From Tubiluchus corallicola (Eukaryota; Animalia; Priapulida): a DNA stretch of 64,000 bases. The notes under the pieces were generated by a model, which saw only the letters and a list, made by a program, of their open reading frames with translations, was not told the DNA's origin and made no database searches. The stretch covers positions 1,302,001 to 1,366,000 of the forward strand of contig JAQGDQ010000003.1 of assembly GCA_030141605.1 (NCBI GenBank). The letters run 5' to 3'. A program made the position numbers and the translations under genes. This document shows, piece after piece, positions 12,733-25,540 of the stretch (positions within the stretch are counted from its first letter, which is position 1; every line of letters begins with the position of its first letter).

Positions 12733-14959
12733 CTAGCAGGACACAAAACATGCCATTTCCAGACCGGCTTATTTATAACAAATATTTTGACCGAAATGGC
12801 TATGAAAACTATTTTTACTCTACGCAGTTAAAAATTTTGATTAATTAGGCAGTTAGAGAAATCCTACATGTATTGCTATATATTATTAGTAAACAGCTAC
12901 CTTTCAAAAGTAAGAACTTTTGACTATTTTGGCAATGTGAGAAAACAACCCAATTAAATAAATTCAGTGTCAATAAAGAGAAATAATAGCTTGTATGTAA
13001 CACTAGTTTAATGAAATGTATAGTTTAAAATATTTTATAGCAAAAAAATTAAAGACAGTTACATGAATTTATTGATGTAAAGACAATTTACCAAGGATTT
13101 ATATATAATGCAGCTGTATGCCCTCAATTCACCTGATTTCTTTTAAAGTAAAAGTCTAAGGAAAAACCTTTACTAACTGTGTGGTCAATTAACAATAAGT
13201 TCTGCAAACAGTGTAAAACAAAGAGAAAAATTTATTTTGTTTTAATGTAACTAGCAAAATTGACAATTGGTCGTCTAAACTGGGAATCAGATTCGTGGAA
13301 TCAAAATTTTGGTTTTAGCAAAGTCGGAGCACTTGACTGATAATTTTGAAAACTACTAGACAAAAGAATGTGTTTTGCACTACTGAGCTTTCATGACTGA
13401 AAAGTAAGAAATGGAACTAAAAGATCTACTTTAGTAGTTAGAACTGAATCAATAGCAATTATTCCCCAATTCTGATCACAAGTAAAAACTTATCTCGGTT
13501 AAAATTGGTTTATTCTAAGATTTCTGAACATTTGGCTGTACTGAAAATTACTTGGTTGTACACAGTAATAACGTAGTATGACCTAAAAAAGGATTGCAAA
13601 GATTTGAATCTTTAATACTTCAATAATGAATCACTATGCTGCTTTTACCAGTGTTTTCCAAGACAGAAGTTTATAATTCAGGTGAATTTATCAAATAACT
13701 ACAATGTAAATAAAAATTTCACTCCAGTGCTCATTCAGACAAAGTCTGCTTCAATGTGGCAAATCTTCTCAGTATAGTGTTGCAGCCTTGTCTGTATGCA
13801 GAATGCATTTAAACGTTTTACATAATGTATGTTTTGTCGAAAGTGACTGAGATCGTAAATTTGACTTTTTTAGTATTTATATCTTTAAAATTACGAAATG
13901 AAATCTTGTACTTCACTGCAATTTATTTGGTTATTCAATAAATTAAGTTACAGCTGGTAAATGCTTATTATAGGGCATGATTATAACAAGTACATAGTAG
14001 TTGTGAGCAAAATGTACTAATTCAGAATTGTTGGATCAGCGGCCAAAATTTTTGTTGTACCTGTATCGGATCTGGATAACTGATATTCGACTGAATCGGT
14101 TATCTGGTGCACCCATAGTAAATGTCTCATGACTAAATAAACTGAAAGGAAAGGCCAAGGCTTCTGGAAAGTTAGGCTTTTTTCAATATTCACAAAAAAT
14201 GTTAGGATTTAGTAAAAAAAAAACATTGAAATAAGTGCGAAATGTAATTAGTAAAATCACTTTAAAGTTGTTGTCACTTAATGTTTGGGCACTCCCATTT
14301 TCAATGTCCATTTTTCTTCCAATGATGTCATTCATCCTGAACTAAAGTACTAGACTGTCGATTTTTCATCAAAAGTATAATAAGCTTTTACAAAATAATT
14401 AGATTTTTGCATGAGCGTTACATAAGCTGCAGAAATTTGAACTAATTTAAGCAGTGTGCTCTTACGGAAAGCCACTACATGCTTACGAAAAGTCATAAAG
14501 TCTTCCAGTTATGTCATCTTTTTCAAGCGAATGACGGCAACCACCAAGCCTGAAAATTTCTATTCGGAGGTAGTATATTTTAAATTTATGCTTTATAGAC
14601 AGTTTTTTGCAAATTTCTTTGCTATATTTTTGTAAGTTTAAACGGTAACAATAAAATAAACCCAACATACTGAGTGACTTGTTCTTTCCTTTAAATGTCT
14701 CCTGCCAAAACTTATGGCATTCAAATGGTTTTAGTATAAAGTATAGTTTAGCCTGGATGGTTAGCTTTATATATGCACTAGGCTCAGAGTCAATAGACTT
14801 TTGTCTTACCACGCTGTGGCACGTCTTTCATAGCAATTGCTATTAAGAATGTTGCACACCTCACAATAGTACAACTAATGTTGCAGATCTAGCAATTTTT
14901 ACTATGTCAAGCCTTCCTTACCAATGCGAATACTGAAAGAAACAATAAAATTCACATAC

Positions 14960-15160
14960 CAGAATGTCCTGCTGTTTCAATGGCAGTTCCAAACAACATA
15001 ACATATTCAGTGAAGGATGCATGCAGCAAGCAGAAGGAACCCATCCAACCACCCGCACTAATAAATATCCAATGCAGATCCTTGTCTGGTAGAATATGAC
15101 CAGGATATTGCTTTCTTAAATCCTTGACCACTTTTTTCATGGCATCCTCTGGTTTAAAAA
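14960..15160 (-). CDS. SIGMAR1: Sigma-1 receptor coding exon 2, shared
   Basis: Acceptor ttttag|, 201 nt, (V)[66 protein letters not shown] with the AGGWMG and HAS-EY motifs. Donor G|GTATGT, phase 1. Confidence 0.95.
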
Positions 15161-16199
15161 CTAAAACGAAAGAAGTAAGAATGAAATATATGCATACAGC
15201 AGTCTTAACAAAATCTATAACTAAATCAACACGTCTATCAAGACTCTTATGCATTCTTAGTCAAATCTTATCTTGGATTCGATTAATACAGCACACATTA
15301 AAAAATAATCAATAAAACTGCTGATTCAGACATCTTTCAGAGCTGTACCATTCTAAGATATGTAGATACTTTTCAAATGGGTTACACCTATTTTCTGTCT
15401 TTTAAAGCACTGATACAAAATCTTTACAAGAATCAGTTTCAAAATAATGAAAGCAGTAACATTGAAGATTCTCTATTTGCAGATAAATGAACAAGAGAAC
15501 TACACTATCAGATACTGAAAGAAACAGCATCTAATCTTGCTCCAAAAACTGTATATCTGAACTGATCCTGCTTAGTAAAGCACTATGACAATGTAGCATT
15601 ATACTGAATGTAATCCTACTATCAAAGCAGCACACATCTGAATAATTACGCCACATTTTGAGCAGTGCTGACATTATAATTCTCAGCCGCTGTCTGCCCT
15701 TTGAATAGGAAAGGTATTATACTGCAACTAGAACGTGTTTGTAAAGGCATTAAAAACGACAGTATATCCGAGACAGTCATCTAATTTTTAATTCTAATTA
15801 TCATATAATGTAGATGTTTAAAATTATGTGCACTAACATTAAAATATTAAATTAATTTGTGTTTTTTCCGTATTATGTCATGAAGTGCTGGTGCCAGCTA
15901 CTGACTTTTCCATTACTAGCACCCAAATTCAGGCAGTGTTTCATTATAAAGATATGGAAAAAGTATCCATAACTTAATATCACACATTAATGGCAAGTTT
16001 ATATGTGGGGCGATTTCTCACAAAGGAAAATCGCGCAGTTCTCCCGCGCAGCTTGTCATTCAAATACAAAGCAGTTTTTACATAACTTCCATGCCACTTT
16101 CAGAAATGGCATCATTCGTTGTAGATAAAATGTTGGCACTGTATTTATATAAGCTAAATCATGAGGGAGAGACAGCGACGGAGGGAGGGAGGGAAAGAT

Positions 16200-16202
16200 A
16201 GG

Positions 16203-16234
<32 letters not shown>

Positions 16235-16250
16235 AAAGACAGAGAGAGAA
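16200..16250. repeat. (GA)n microsatellite
   Basis: GAGAGA/GACA run in SIGMAR1 intron 1. Confidence 0.9.
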
Positions 16251-17552
16251 TCTCACCACAGATAGTCATAAAAATTGCTTTGTAAAAGTTGTTTCTTGTA
16301 CTATCTTTGTACTCAGTTAGGCTTTTATCATATAACATTACATTTTTTCCACTTCCAATATTATTGTTTTGGTTTTATCAACAATTGTGCAATGTGCACT
16401 TCCAATAAATATGTGTAGAGATCTCTTTGTTTCTGCTAAAGCAGCACCTTTGCTGATCACATATTAACTCAGCCCACATTTGATTGGTTAAAACAAATTT
16501 TCCCACCTTACGTATAAACAGGTCATAAGCGAGGATTTTTGAAAAAAGATTGGTCTATATGACGACACATGCTAATGCAGAAATTACCTTTAAATTTAAA
16601 CAAGGTACCACACTACAGAAGACTACCGGTCTGAACAGACAAAAATAACATTTATAATATGTCTATGATTTTGAAGTAGAAAAAACGACCAGGGGTAGAT
16701 TGCAGCTTAGGTGCACTCTTGCATCGCCCAAAATCAGAGATATCGCTGAAAGCAGGGCTACAATAGAAAGATTTATCTGCACACTGATGCAAAGAAAAGT
16801 TGAAACATACCTCTTATTTATAAAAAACTTACTGTTAGCGTCGCGAGTTTGAGCGATTTCATGAAATACTTTCATTTGGGAGCTAGCAGAGAGTTTTTTT
16901 ATCAACTACTGCGCACCAGAACCTAGGAAATAACCGCACCTCACCAAAAAAGAACCAAAGTGTAAACTTCCTAAAAAGTTAAAAATAGCTTCGGGCAAAT
17001 TGTCTCAACGTGCACCATTTTGCTGCATCTGTGTGTGCTAGTAAGTAGCATGCTCTAAAGGCATTGATTTGTAACTTTTGTTTCTCTTTCGAGATGCGGC
17101 CCAACCAGCAAAGCAGGATTGCGGTTTATACAATACAATAACTAATATAGGAACATATGATAATTTGAGGCTTCATATTGTACAAAAAAAGGTGACTGTT
17201 AATTAGTTAGTTAGCTAGCTAGCTAAGCTAGTCAGTTAGTCAATCAATTAGTTTTGGCGAGTTTGCAGTATGGCAGATTGGGTTACACGGCTTGGCACTC
17301 TTACCAGCTTAGTAGTGTAGTGATGGAGCGGGAGGGGAGGTTTGGAGAGGGAAAGAGGTAAAGGTAGAGTGTTGGCAGTGGGACTGATATAAGAAAGTAG
17401 TAGGGCGTGCGGAGAACCACCTAAACTGCAAGTGCGCCACGACCAGTCTTCAAAGCTAAGTAAGTCTATTTTTCTATTGTAATTAAGCCCAACTAAGTTA
17501 TAATTGACTTTATATCCTAGTGAATTACGTTTTTCCGTTTCTGCCGATTTAC

Positions 17553-17688
17553 CAGTGTATTTTTTAGCTATAGTTGCAATTCTTTCTTCGTCGAAGATAT
17601 AAGATTTGTTTTCCACCCAATATTTTCCTGCATACCGAACTAATAGGGTTAAAATAACGAAAATGAAAAAGAACTCAGATAACTTCAT
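17553..17688 (-). CDS. SIGMAR1: Sigma-1 receptor (ERG2 family) coding exon 1, shared; N-terminal TM helix
   Basis: ATG at 17688: MKLSEFFFIFVILTLLVRYAGKYWVENKSYIFDEERIATIAKKYT, compare human SFVFQREEIAQLARQYA. Donor G|GTAAAT, phase 1. Confidence 0.9.
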
Positions 17689-19269
17689 CTTAGCTATTCG
17701 CAGAAAAAACGCTCCAAACAAAAAATCTAACGCATGCCTCTGCGCACCCACGCACAGCAAAGGCGTTTTGTGCGCCATCTACCAAGAAGAATTAAATCAA
17801 ATCGCTAGCATTATTTATGAATTTTATTTCATCTATCGCAGGGCCCTTAATATAGAACGACTGTTATAGTTTGAAGTAAACGAAAATTTCTCTGTATGCT
17901 ATTTACCAAATAATTGTTCAAAATGCTGATCCATAATAATAATTATTCCAATATTTAGAATTTTAGATATCTTGCAGTCAACTTAGCCTGCTGCCCTTGG
18001 TTGATAAATGTGTGACAGGCAGAGGTCCTCGTATCGTTTTTGATTTTGACTAACTGATCCACAAGAGGCTAGGCCAGTCTGTTAGTTGATCAGTCTTAAT
18101 TATTGTGCTTTAAGCTGGTCATTGTGGTTGTTCTTTATTGGTTGGTTGGATGACTGGTTTGCTGGCTTAACATCTATATAACTGCTCAATCAATCGGTTG
18201 GTTTGCTAAAAGTTAAAAGTTGGCATTGGACCACAACATTAAAATGAATTTGCTCGACATGATTTCAGCCCCTGACCAGTATCATGAGCTATTTAATTGA
18301 CACCAGGAAAGTTTATCCAAGAGCCTAGGACCTCTGTCGCCAAAAACGGTCATTCATCTGCGTACTGGCTGCTCCACTGCCGAGCATAACACACACCAGC
18401 ATAGTGTCAATAAAAACTCACTAAATCATAAAATGGCCTCTCTAAGATAACTACTCTGTGACTCAATGATGCAGTACTTCTCTCGTTAGCATAGGATTCA
18501 AACAATTGATTTTTTGGCCCTCTGTTCTGCATGAAATCTGTCCATGTAGTATGCAACAAAATACTCTCCTGCTTTAAAAACTACATCCATGACGACCAAA
18601 CTTAGTTACATAATATCGTTTGCTCAGGTTCTTTGTAATAAAAAAATCGGTTAAAGAACTTTTATTGCCATCATAATTTTTCTTCTGCAGCACCAATAGC
18701 TCTGGAGTGAACAGATTGATATTTAGTTTGCTGCAATTTTCCAAACGTATGTATACCTAATGGGTTATTTGGGCGAGACCATTTGGGTGCCAGTCACTGA
18801 GATACTGGCTGTCTTGGACCTAAAACATGTTTGACACAAGCGCTGACCCATAAGCTTTGTCCAAAGTCGATTATGCAAGAATTCTTTATCTCTGTATCTA
18901 AATCAGGCTAAGTAAGCTTAAATTATAGTACGAGTCCTCATCCACTGCCTAAAGTTTTTGTAAGAAAAGAAGTAATTATTGTCGTCTGTCTAGTCTATGT
19001 AATACAATATGGCTTATTTAGAACGCATAAAAACACGCATAATATATGCTGTAGAATAAACATCATACAGTATTATCATGCATTATATTTCGCAAGGGAT
19101 ACAACAAAAATACTTACAATTATTGTTGCTCCTTATCTTCATCTTCAGTCTCCATGTAATATCCTTACATTACAGTTAATATAGAGGAACTGTAAAACGC
19201 AAAATGCACGATCAGCCGCCGTTCAAAAAAATAACTAGATATACAATAATACGGAGACTGAACACTATT

Positions 19270-19860
19270 ACATTCAACGAGGACGCAGCGATTCGTATAA
19301 AGAATATAAATACCTTGGTAGTTTATTAGACACCGAAGTCGACATACAACCAAGGAAAATTCAAACATTATTATACCTGTTTATTCAGGCCTCACAACGG
19401 GTTTTGAAAACAATACACTTTCTCTTGAGATCGAAGTCCGGATCCTTTCAACTTTTGTTGAACCTATATTTTTATACAATGCTCAGCTACAGACAATAAA
19501 AGTTAAATAGCAGAAAGAAATTGACGTTTTTCAAAGACATCTCTATAAAAAACTACTACATTACAAATGACCTGATAGAATATCCAATGATGATCTGCTG
19601 TGGTGTAGAAGAACACTTGGAGTAAACAAATCCAAGTAAGAAGATCGCATTGGATTGGGCATATACTAAGACTACCTCAAGAATCTCTTCTTCCTATAGC
19701 ATTACGTAAAGCTATTGAAACGACAAAAAACCGAAAAGCGATCAGATACTGGCGTATAAAGATATACGGCATATAGGTTTAGCAAAGACAACTCTAGATT
19801 AGAGGGATGATGCACTGTGGACGGTGGAGGCAGACAGGAGTGACGGCAGGAAACAGGTGG
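19270..19860 (+). mobile_element. Degenerate non-LTR retrotransposon 3' fragment, RTE-like
   Basis: Frameshifted motifs YKEYKYLGSLLDTEVDI, FVEPIFLYN, IDVFQR and WIGHILRLP are typical of the region C-terminal to RTE-clade RT. Confidence 0.65.
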
Positions 19861-20039
19861 AGTATGCCATGTCTTAAAACGTATAAAAGCAGGTAAATGA
19901 TGATGGTGATATGAATATTGATAAGGACCCATCACTTAATTGATTTACTAAGTGATCTAGCTAGTCGTGTTCAAATTGACAACCAACTAAAGAACTAATC
20001 AACGCATTCTAGGTTCTTTCTTAAAGCACGCCAAGCGTA

Positions 20040-21750
20040 CATTTACCATGGTATTATGTGTATAGCGTGTGTTTAAGAACTGGTAAATGGCCATGGAATA
20101 GCGCAAAAGTAATATTTTTCCGTAAAGATGGAAGAAACGATTACAGTGACCCATCAAATTATAGACCAATTACGATTGCGTCCTATTATGGCAGAATAGT
20201 AGAAAAGCTCATAGAGCTCAGATTGAGAACCTGGTTACATGACAACAACATTAAAGATCAAGAGCAGGAAGGATTTCAACCCTTGCGCAGCGCAAATTGG
20301 TATCTGCTTAGACTGGTTTCCGCTATTGAAAGAAACAGGCTTCAAAACTGTCCTGGAATTGCAGTCTTCTGTGACTTCACATAGGCCTTCGATAGCATTT
20401 GGATAAATGGTTTAATATTTAAGTTAGCCCAAGCAGGTGTAGCAGGCAGGCTTTTGAAACTGAAAAACAGGCATATTAAAATACGAATACAAAATTATTT
20501 GCCAAAAGAATTGTTGTGTCACGTAGGTGCACCGCAGGGATCTGTCTTGTCACCACTATTGTTTATCCTGTATGTGTCAGATATGTTTAGTGAAACTGAC
20601 CAAAACAGAAATGTTTTGAAGTTTAAATTTGCTGATGACGGCACAATTTATGTGTACGCGAACACAAATAATGAATGCTACGAATTGGCATGTATATAAA
20701 CATACAGTTGTCTTGTATATAAACTCCATGCCTGGTGTTCTAAATGGAGGCAGATGTTGAACTGTAATTTAAACAAAACAGAAGCTATTGTTTTTGAAAA
20801 TGATCAAAATTCCAGCTTGCCAAAATTACGTTTTGGTAACAAAGAGATTAATTATGTTAACAACATGAAAGTGCTTGGAATTACTGTCGATAAACACATG
20901 AATTTTAATAGCCATACCTCTAGAACCAGGCAAAGTGCTTGGAAGAAATGGGCTAAACTCAAGAGCGTAATTTATAAAAATAAAGGTTTAAGAATGACAA
21001 CATTATTAGATTATTCGAATCTGTTGTGATGCCAAGTATATTTTATGGTGCGCCGAGCTGGATGAACAGAAAATTAGCTGATTTTGATGATTTATGGTAT
21101 GACGTAATGGAAGCTGCGGCGGGGGTGGGGTACAATCCCAGGAAATCTGATATTGAATGTATTTGTGGAATGCCTCCAGTAGACATAGTTTTTTTTGTGC
21201 ATAGTCAGTAAACTTATATTAAAAACTTTGAGCTGTACGGATGAGGATTTACTTAAGCAAGAAATACTTATTTAAGAAGCATTGCCTTTAAATCGTCGAA
21301 TAAATAATCACCCAGTAAAAACTCATTTGGCTACGGCAAAAACTTTCTTAAAAATAGGGCTTAATATGAGAAACGAAAACCTCGGTGACCTGGAATATAT
21401 TAATTCACGCTACACCAGACAAGAATCTATCAAATTTCAAAGCTTTTGGAGGCGTAGAATCCAACATAGGAACCGCCTAGACGGCATGGGCACTAATGTT
21501 ACAGCCCCAGGACTAAAGCCACTAAGTTTACCATTAAACATTATGTAGAGGTACGTTGAAACCAAAGCACTAAACTTGTTATTGAAAAGAGGAACACCGT
21601 CTTTTTACACAATATTGGGAAAGCAGCCACAAATGAATGCGCATGCCATAGTGGGGAAGCACAGACTTCTGACCATCTACTCTTTAATTGTAGTTTAGTT
21701 GACCAAGAAGCCAGAAAAATCTTACCGATGTTCTGCCCAACCGGGAATTA
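20040..21750 (+). mobile_element. 5'-truncated, inactivated LINE: reverse transcriptase plus C-terminal CCHC-like motif
   Basis: Motifs NYRPITIAS, QEGF, DFT*AFDSIW, GAPQGSVLSPLLFILYVSD, KFADD, NKTEAIVF, KVLGITVD, and ECACHSGEAQTSDHLLFNC at ~21632-21690. Multiple stops and frameshifts. Confidence 0.9.
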
Positions 21751-22647
21751 AGAGAGATTTAGTTTAAAAGAAACGCATTAGTTTGTGATAAATTTATACA
21801 ATTGGTAAAAGATATTATTTACAAATATCTAATGTAGTTGTTATTACTTCGGGTTAGCTGAGTATATACAGTGTGTAAAAACAGTAAGATAAATAAGTTT
21901 ATATATTTTGTTATAATTATAACGATGCAGAGTAAGCTTAACATAAATATGGGCAAACTTTCTGGACCATAGTTGCTACTAGTTCTAGTTGTGATTATTT
22001 ATATAGTTTGTACGTGAATGTTGTATTTTGTGTAATTATTTTTCTTGTATTATATGTACAAACAACATCTGAGTATTGTGTGTCAATTTGTTCTTACCAT
22101 TGTCTACAATTATTCATAATATCTTTTTGTGTGACTTGTTTTTGGATCTAGTTGTACTTTTGTTATCTGTGTCATAATGTATAATTGTATTTCCTTTGGA
22201 TGTATTACATTGAAATGATTCCTTGTATACCTGCAAAAAAGGTTAATAAAAGAGTTATAAAAATAATAATGGTATTATGATATGGATTAATTACTTTGTT
22301 TTACCAATTGTACTGACCCTAAATTTTGGTGTGAATAAATTTTTTGTGGCGTACATTTCAGTTATTTACTATTTTTTGATGAACTACATATTTTGAAAAT
22401 AAAGTTCTGTCATTTTAATAAAATGCTAAATAAATTTTAATAAGAACCTTTGGTGTCTTCTTCTACTTCGTTCATTTTAAAAGCTACGCACACAAAATGC
22501 TGTAAAAACAGAAAATACAAAATCAAATGGAAAACGTATTCCCACGTAGTTTTACAAGTAATGGAACTACATGTCATAGCACTACTCGCAAATAGTCAAA
22601 CTTACACACATGTTCAAGCAAGATACATACATCCACTCACGCACGCA

Positions 22648-22650
<3 letters not shown>

Positions 22651-22691
<41 letters not shown>
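22651..22691. repeat. (CA)n microsatellite
   Basis: About 20 uninterrupted CA units. Confidence 0.95.
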
Positions 22692-22692
<1 letters not shown>

Positions 22693-23272
22693 TCACCCGC
22701 ATGCCCCTTTTTAAATTGAACAAGCATGATTTGACGGAAGAGCAAATAGTCACAAAAGTGTCTTGATCAGTAATGAATCACGAATTAAAACACTAAAGCG
22801 AAAAGACTTTAATGTTGATCTTTATCTGGCCAAAGATACAGCAGTCGGTTAACTGCCACAACGGTGTCTATTTTTATCCGGCTATCATATTAAAACATTG
22901 CATTTGCTGTAGTTGACAAGTACGTAAGATTTCATTTATGTCAAGTCGTTAACAGCAAATTAATGTCATATTGCTCACCAAAGTTGCCTTTCAGAATCAC
23001 AAGTGCATTTGAAATTCATTTGTGTCCAGTCAAGTAATTAGCACAGGTATAGCGTGCAAATACATTGTTATAAAGCATACTTCCGAGTAGAATGACCTTA
23101 CGTGCAGAACTAGACCAATGACTTTCAGTGCTCCAGATTTACAATCTGTGTCTGAATTAATAAATCCAGCAAGTTAAACACACAACGCATAGGACGAAAA
23201 GTGAAATGAAAATCCGGCTTAGGTAATGCGAAATATTCATTAGATCATCGTAAGAAAAAAAGTCAACATTTG

Positions 23273-23966
23273 CAGTGCCGGCCTTGGGATATTTCGAGGC
23301 CTGTGCAAAATAGACTGTGCCTCCCCCATGACAAAAGTCAGATTGTTTTCAAATAAATGCTGGTGATTTTATTTTAGTAGATCGTTAACAAATGCATGGA
23401 GATTAAACTAGACAAAATTACTATAATAGACCTATATTAGACCTAAATTACTATATATCATAAAAGGGCTTAAGATATTTCATTGGACTAGAATATTTCA
23501 CTTTAATTAGAATTTCAAGCAAAATAAAATACACATAGTAAAGTTTATAAATATGTAAAAAACAATTTAATTAATTACAATATTTGTTATCACAATAATT
23601 ACAACTATTACAATAATTACAATTCAATTAATGATGACAATACTACAATATAATTACAATTAATTACAATTACAATATAAGAATAATACTAATTTACTAA
23701 AACGTAAAAGGCTCAAACACAAAACATCACATAAACATAAGCAGGAGCGCAAACAACAACATCTTTTCATTAAGATTTGTCTACTATGTTTTAAATGACT
23801 AAGAAAAACAAACTTACACGCAAATATAAAGAATGCAAATCATCAGTTAAAAGTTAAATTAAATTTTCTTACTTCTTCAACGGTAAAATTCTTTTAAATT
23901 TTCGGATTTCTAAAGTTGTGAACCCTGTGCCATCGCACGGTTTGCGCACCCCTAAGTCTGGCACTG
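23273..23966. mobile_element. hAT-like MITE
   Basis: Imperfect TIRs CAGTGCCGGCCTTGGG / CCCTAAGTCTGGCACTG around an AT-rich interior. No clear TSD. Confidence 0.55.
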
Positions 23967-24134
23967 ACAGGGAAATAAGAGAGGCCTGTGTTTTCATCGT
24001 TATGCGTCCCATTTTATGTAACACAACTTGACAGATATTTTCTTGTCTGCAGCCAGCCTTGTGAGGGATTGCCTTTACCTTAATGCAGTTTTTTCATTAG
24101 GCACTTTTTCTAAAAAAAGTTTGAGGAATAATTG

Positions 24135-24540
24135 CCATTTTCTTTATCCGTTGTTATCTTCTCTTTTTTATCCTTCTCCTTTTTTCTTCCTTTTTGTTTT
24201 CTGATTACTTATTTGTTTATTCATTCATTCACTTCTTCGAACATTATATTTATTTCTTTTCTTCCTTTTTTCGCGGTTTGCCTCCATTCTCACTTTCTGC
24301 CACTCGCTCTCTCTTTTTCTCCGTTTGTCTCGTTGCCCTTTCTTTTTGTTCCTTCTTTTTCTTGCGTTTTTCTTCTTTCTTTTCCTTTTCCACTCTAAGT
24401 TTCTATCTCGCAAAAACCCTTTCTTAGTTTATAACTTTGTCCTCCCTTCTTTCTTTCATTGTTTCTTCCCTATTTTTTCTTTCTTTCTTTAATTCTTTCT
24501 TCTAACCTTTTTTCATTCCTTTTATCTTTCTATTCCCACT
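24135..24540. repeat. Long pyrimidine-rich (T/C) low-complexity tract
   Basis: About 400 bp of mostly T and C on the + strand. Confidence 0.85.
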
Positions 24541-25540
24541 GCCGCTAACTTGCTGTTTTTGTACTTAAATTACGCCGACGTCAAACCTTTACAACCACTG
24601 CACGAAGTTTATTAAATGTAACCGCCGAAACCGTGCTCTAGTGCAGTGATTCTGGTTTAACATATTTGGAGCATATCGCTGTAAGCAAGTGAAGGAGAGA
24701 GAGATGTCTTGTTTCCGCAACAAGCTTTTCAACCTTGCTGCAGGTATGCCTTAAATCTAAGCTTGTTGTCTATACAGATGAAGAAGTCTTCTTTAGAAAT
24801 TCGCGAAAATTAACCTTTAACTTAAATTAAGTTCATTTAACGCGAGTGTTTCATTGTGTGTGAACTCCTCTGAAACAGTAGAAAATGAATATATTTAGAG
24901 TGTGGTGAAACTGTGACTAACTGAAATTAATGCTTACGCTGCAGTGACAGTGAAGCTTCTTACTGATTACAGAAATGTGTTTATACTTATTTGGCATAGA
25001 CAGAATCGGCAGAAATCTTGATTAACGTCAGTTTCGCCAAGACTAGTTAGCGTATTCCTGCACCGTGACCAATATTTCAACGCTTTAAAGTTTCTTAAAT
25101 GACTCTTGTCAAAATGAGGCCACCGAGGAAGAGAAAAAACTTAACCACTTGTACAAGACTAAAACACAAAAAGACGAGCAAACATCTTGACTACAGAGTT
25201 ACAACGCGTCAGTATCATTGTTCTTGCTGAACATATTCAGGTTAATCACGCACCAATCCGGATCTATCATCGCAATGGAGGTCAAGTCAACGAAGATGAC
25301 CGACTAACTAAACTTCACCGTGTTTTGGTCATCGAGGTTGGTTATTCCAAGACCACGTTCGCTTTCATTTCATCGTGTAAGACAGAAGAAAGCGTTGACC
25401 CACCAACTAATAATTTCTCTTTTCAAACGATCGAAACATTAGACAATTAAAATACGTTAATTAGGTTATAAATCAGTGATTCAGTGTGAATTAAAAACAA
25501 CAAATTCTACGACCTTCAGTGATTTTGTGTTTTTGGAATA

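Noticed and set aside
17248-17778. 176-aa ORF as a complete protein
   Set aside because: Only 17688-17553 is SIGMAR1 exon 1. The rest is 5' flank and intron read-through.
24132-24427. Phe/Ser-rich and Lys/Arg-rich ORFs
   Set aside because: They arise from a polypyrimidine low-complexity tract.
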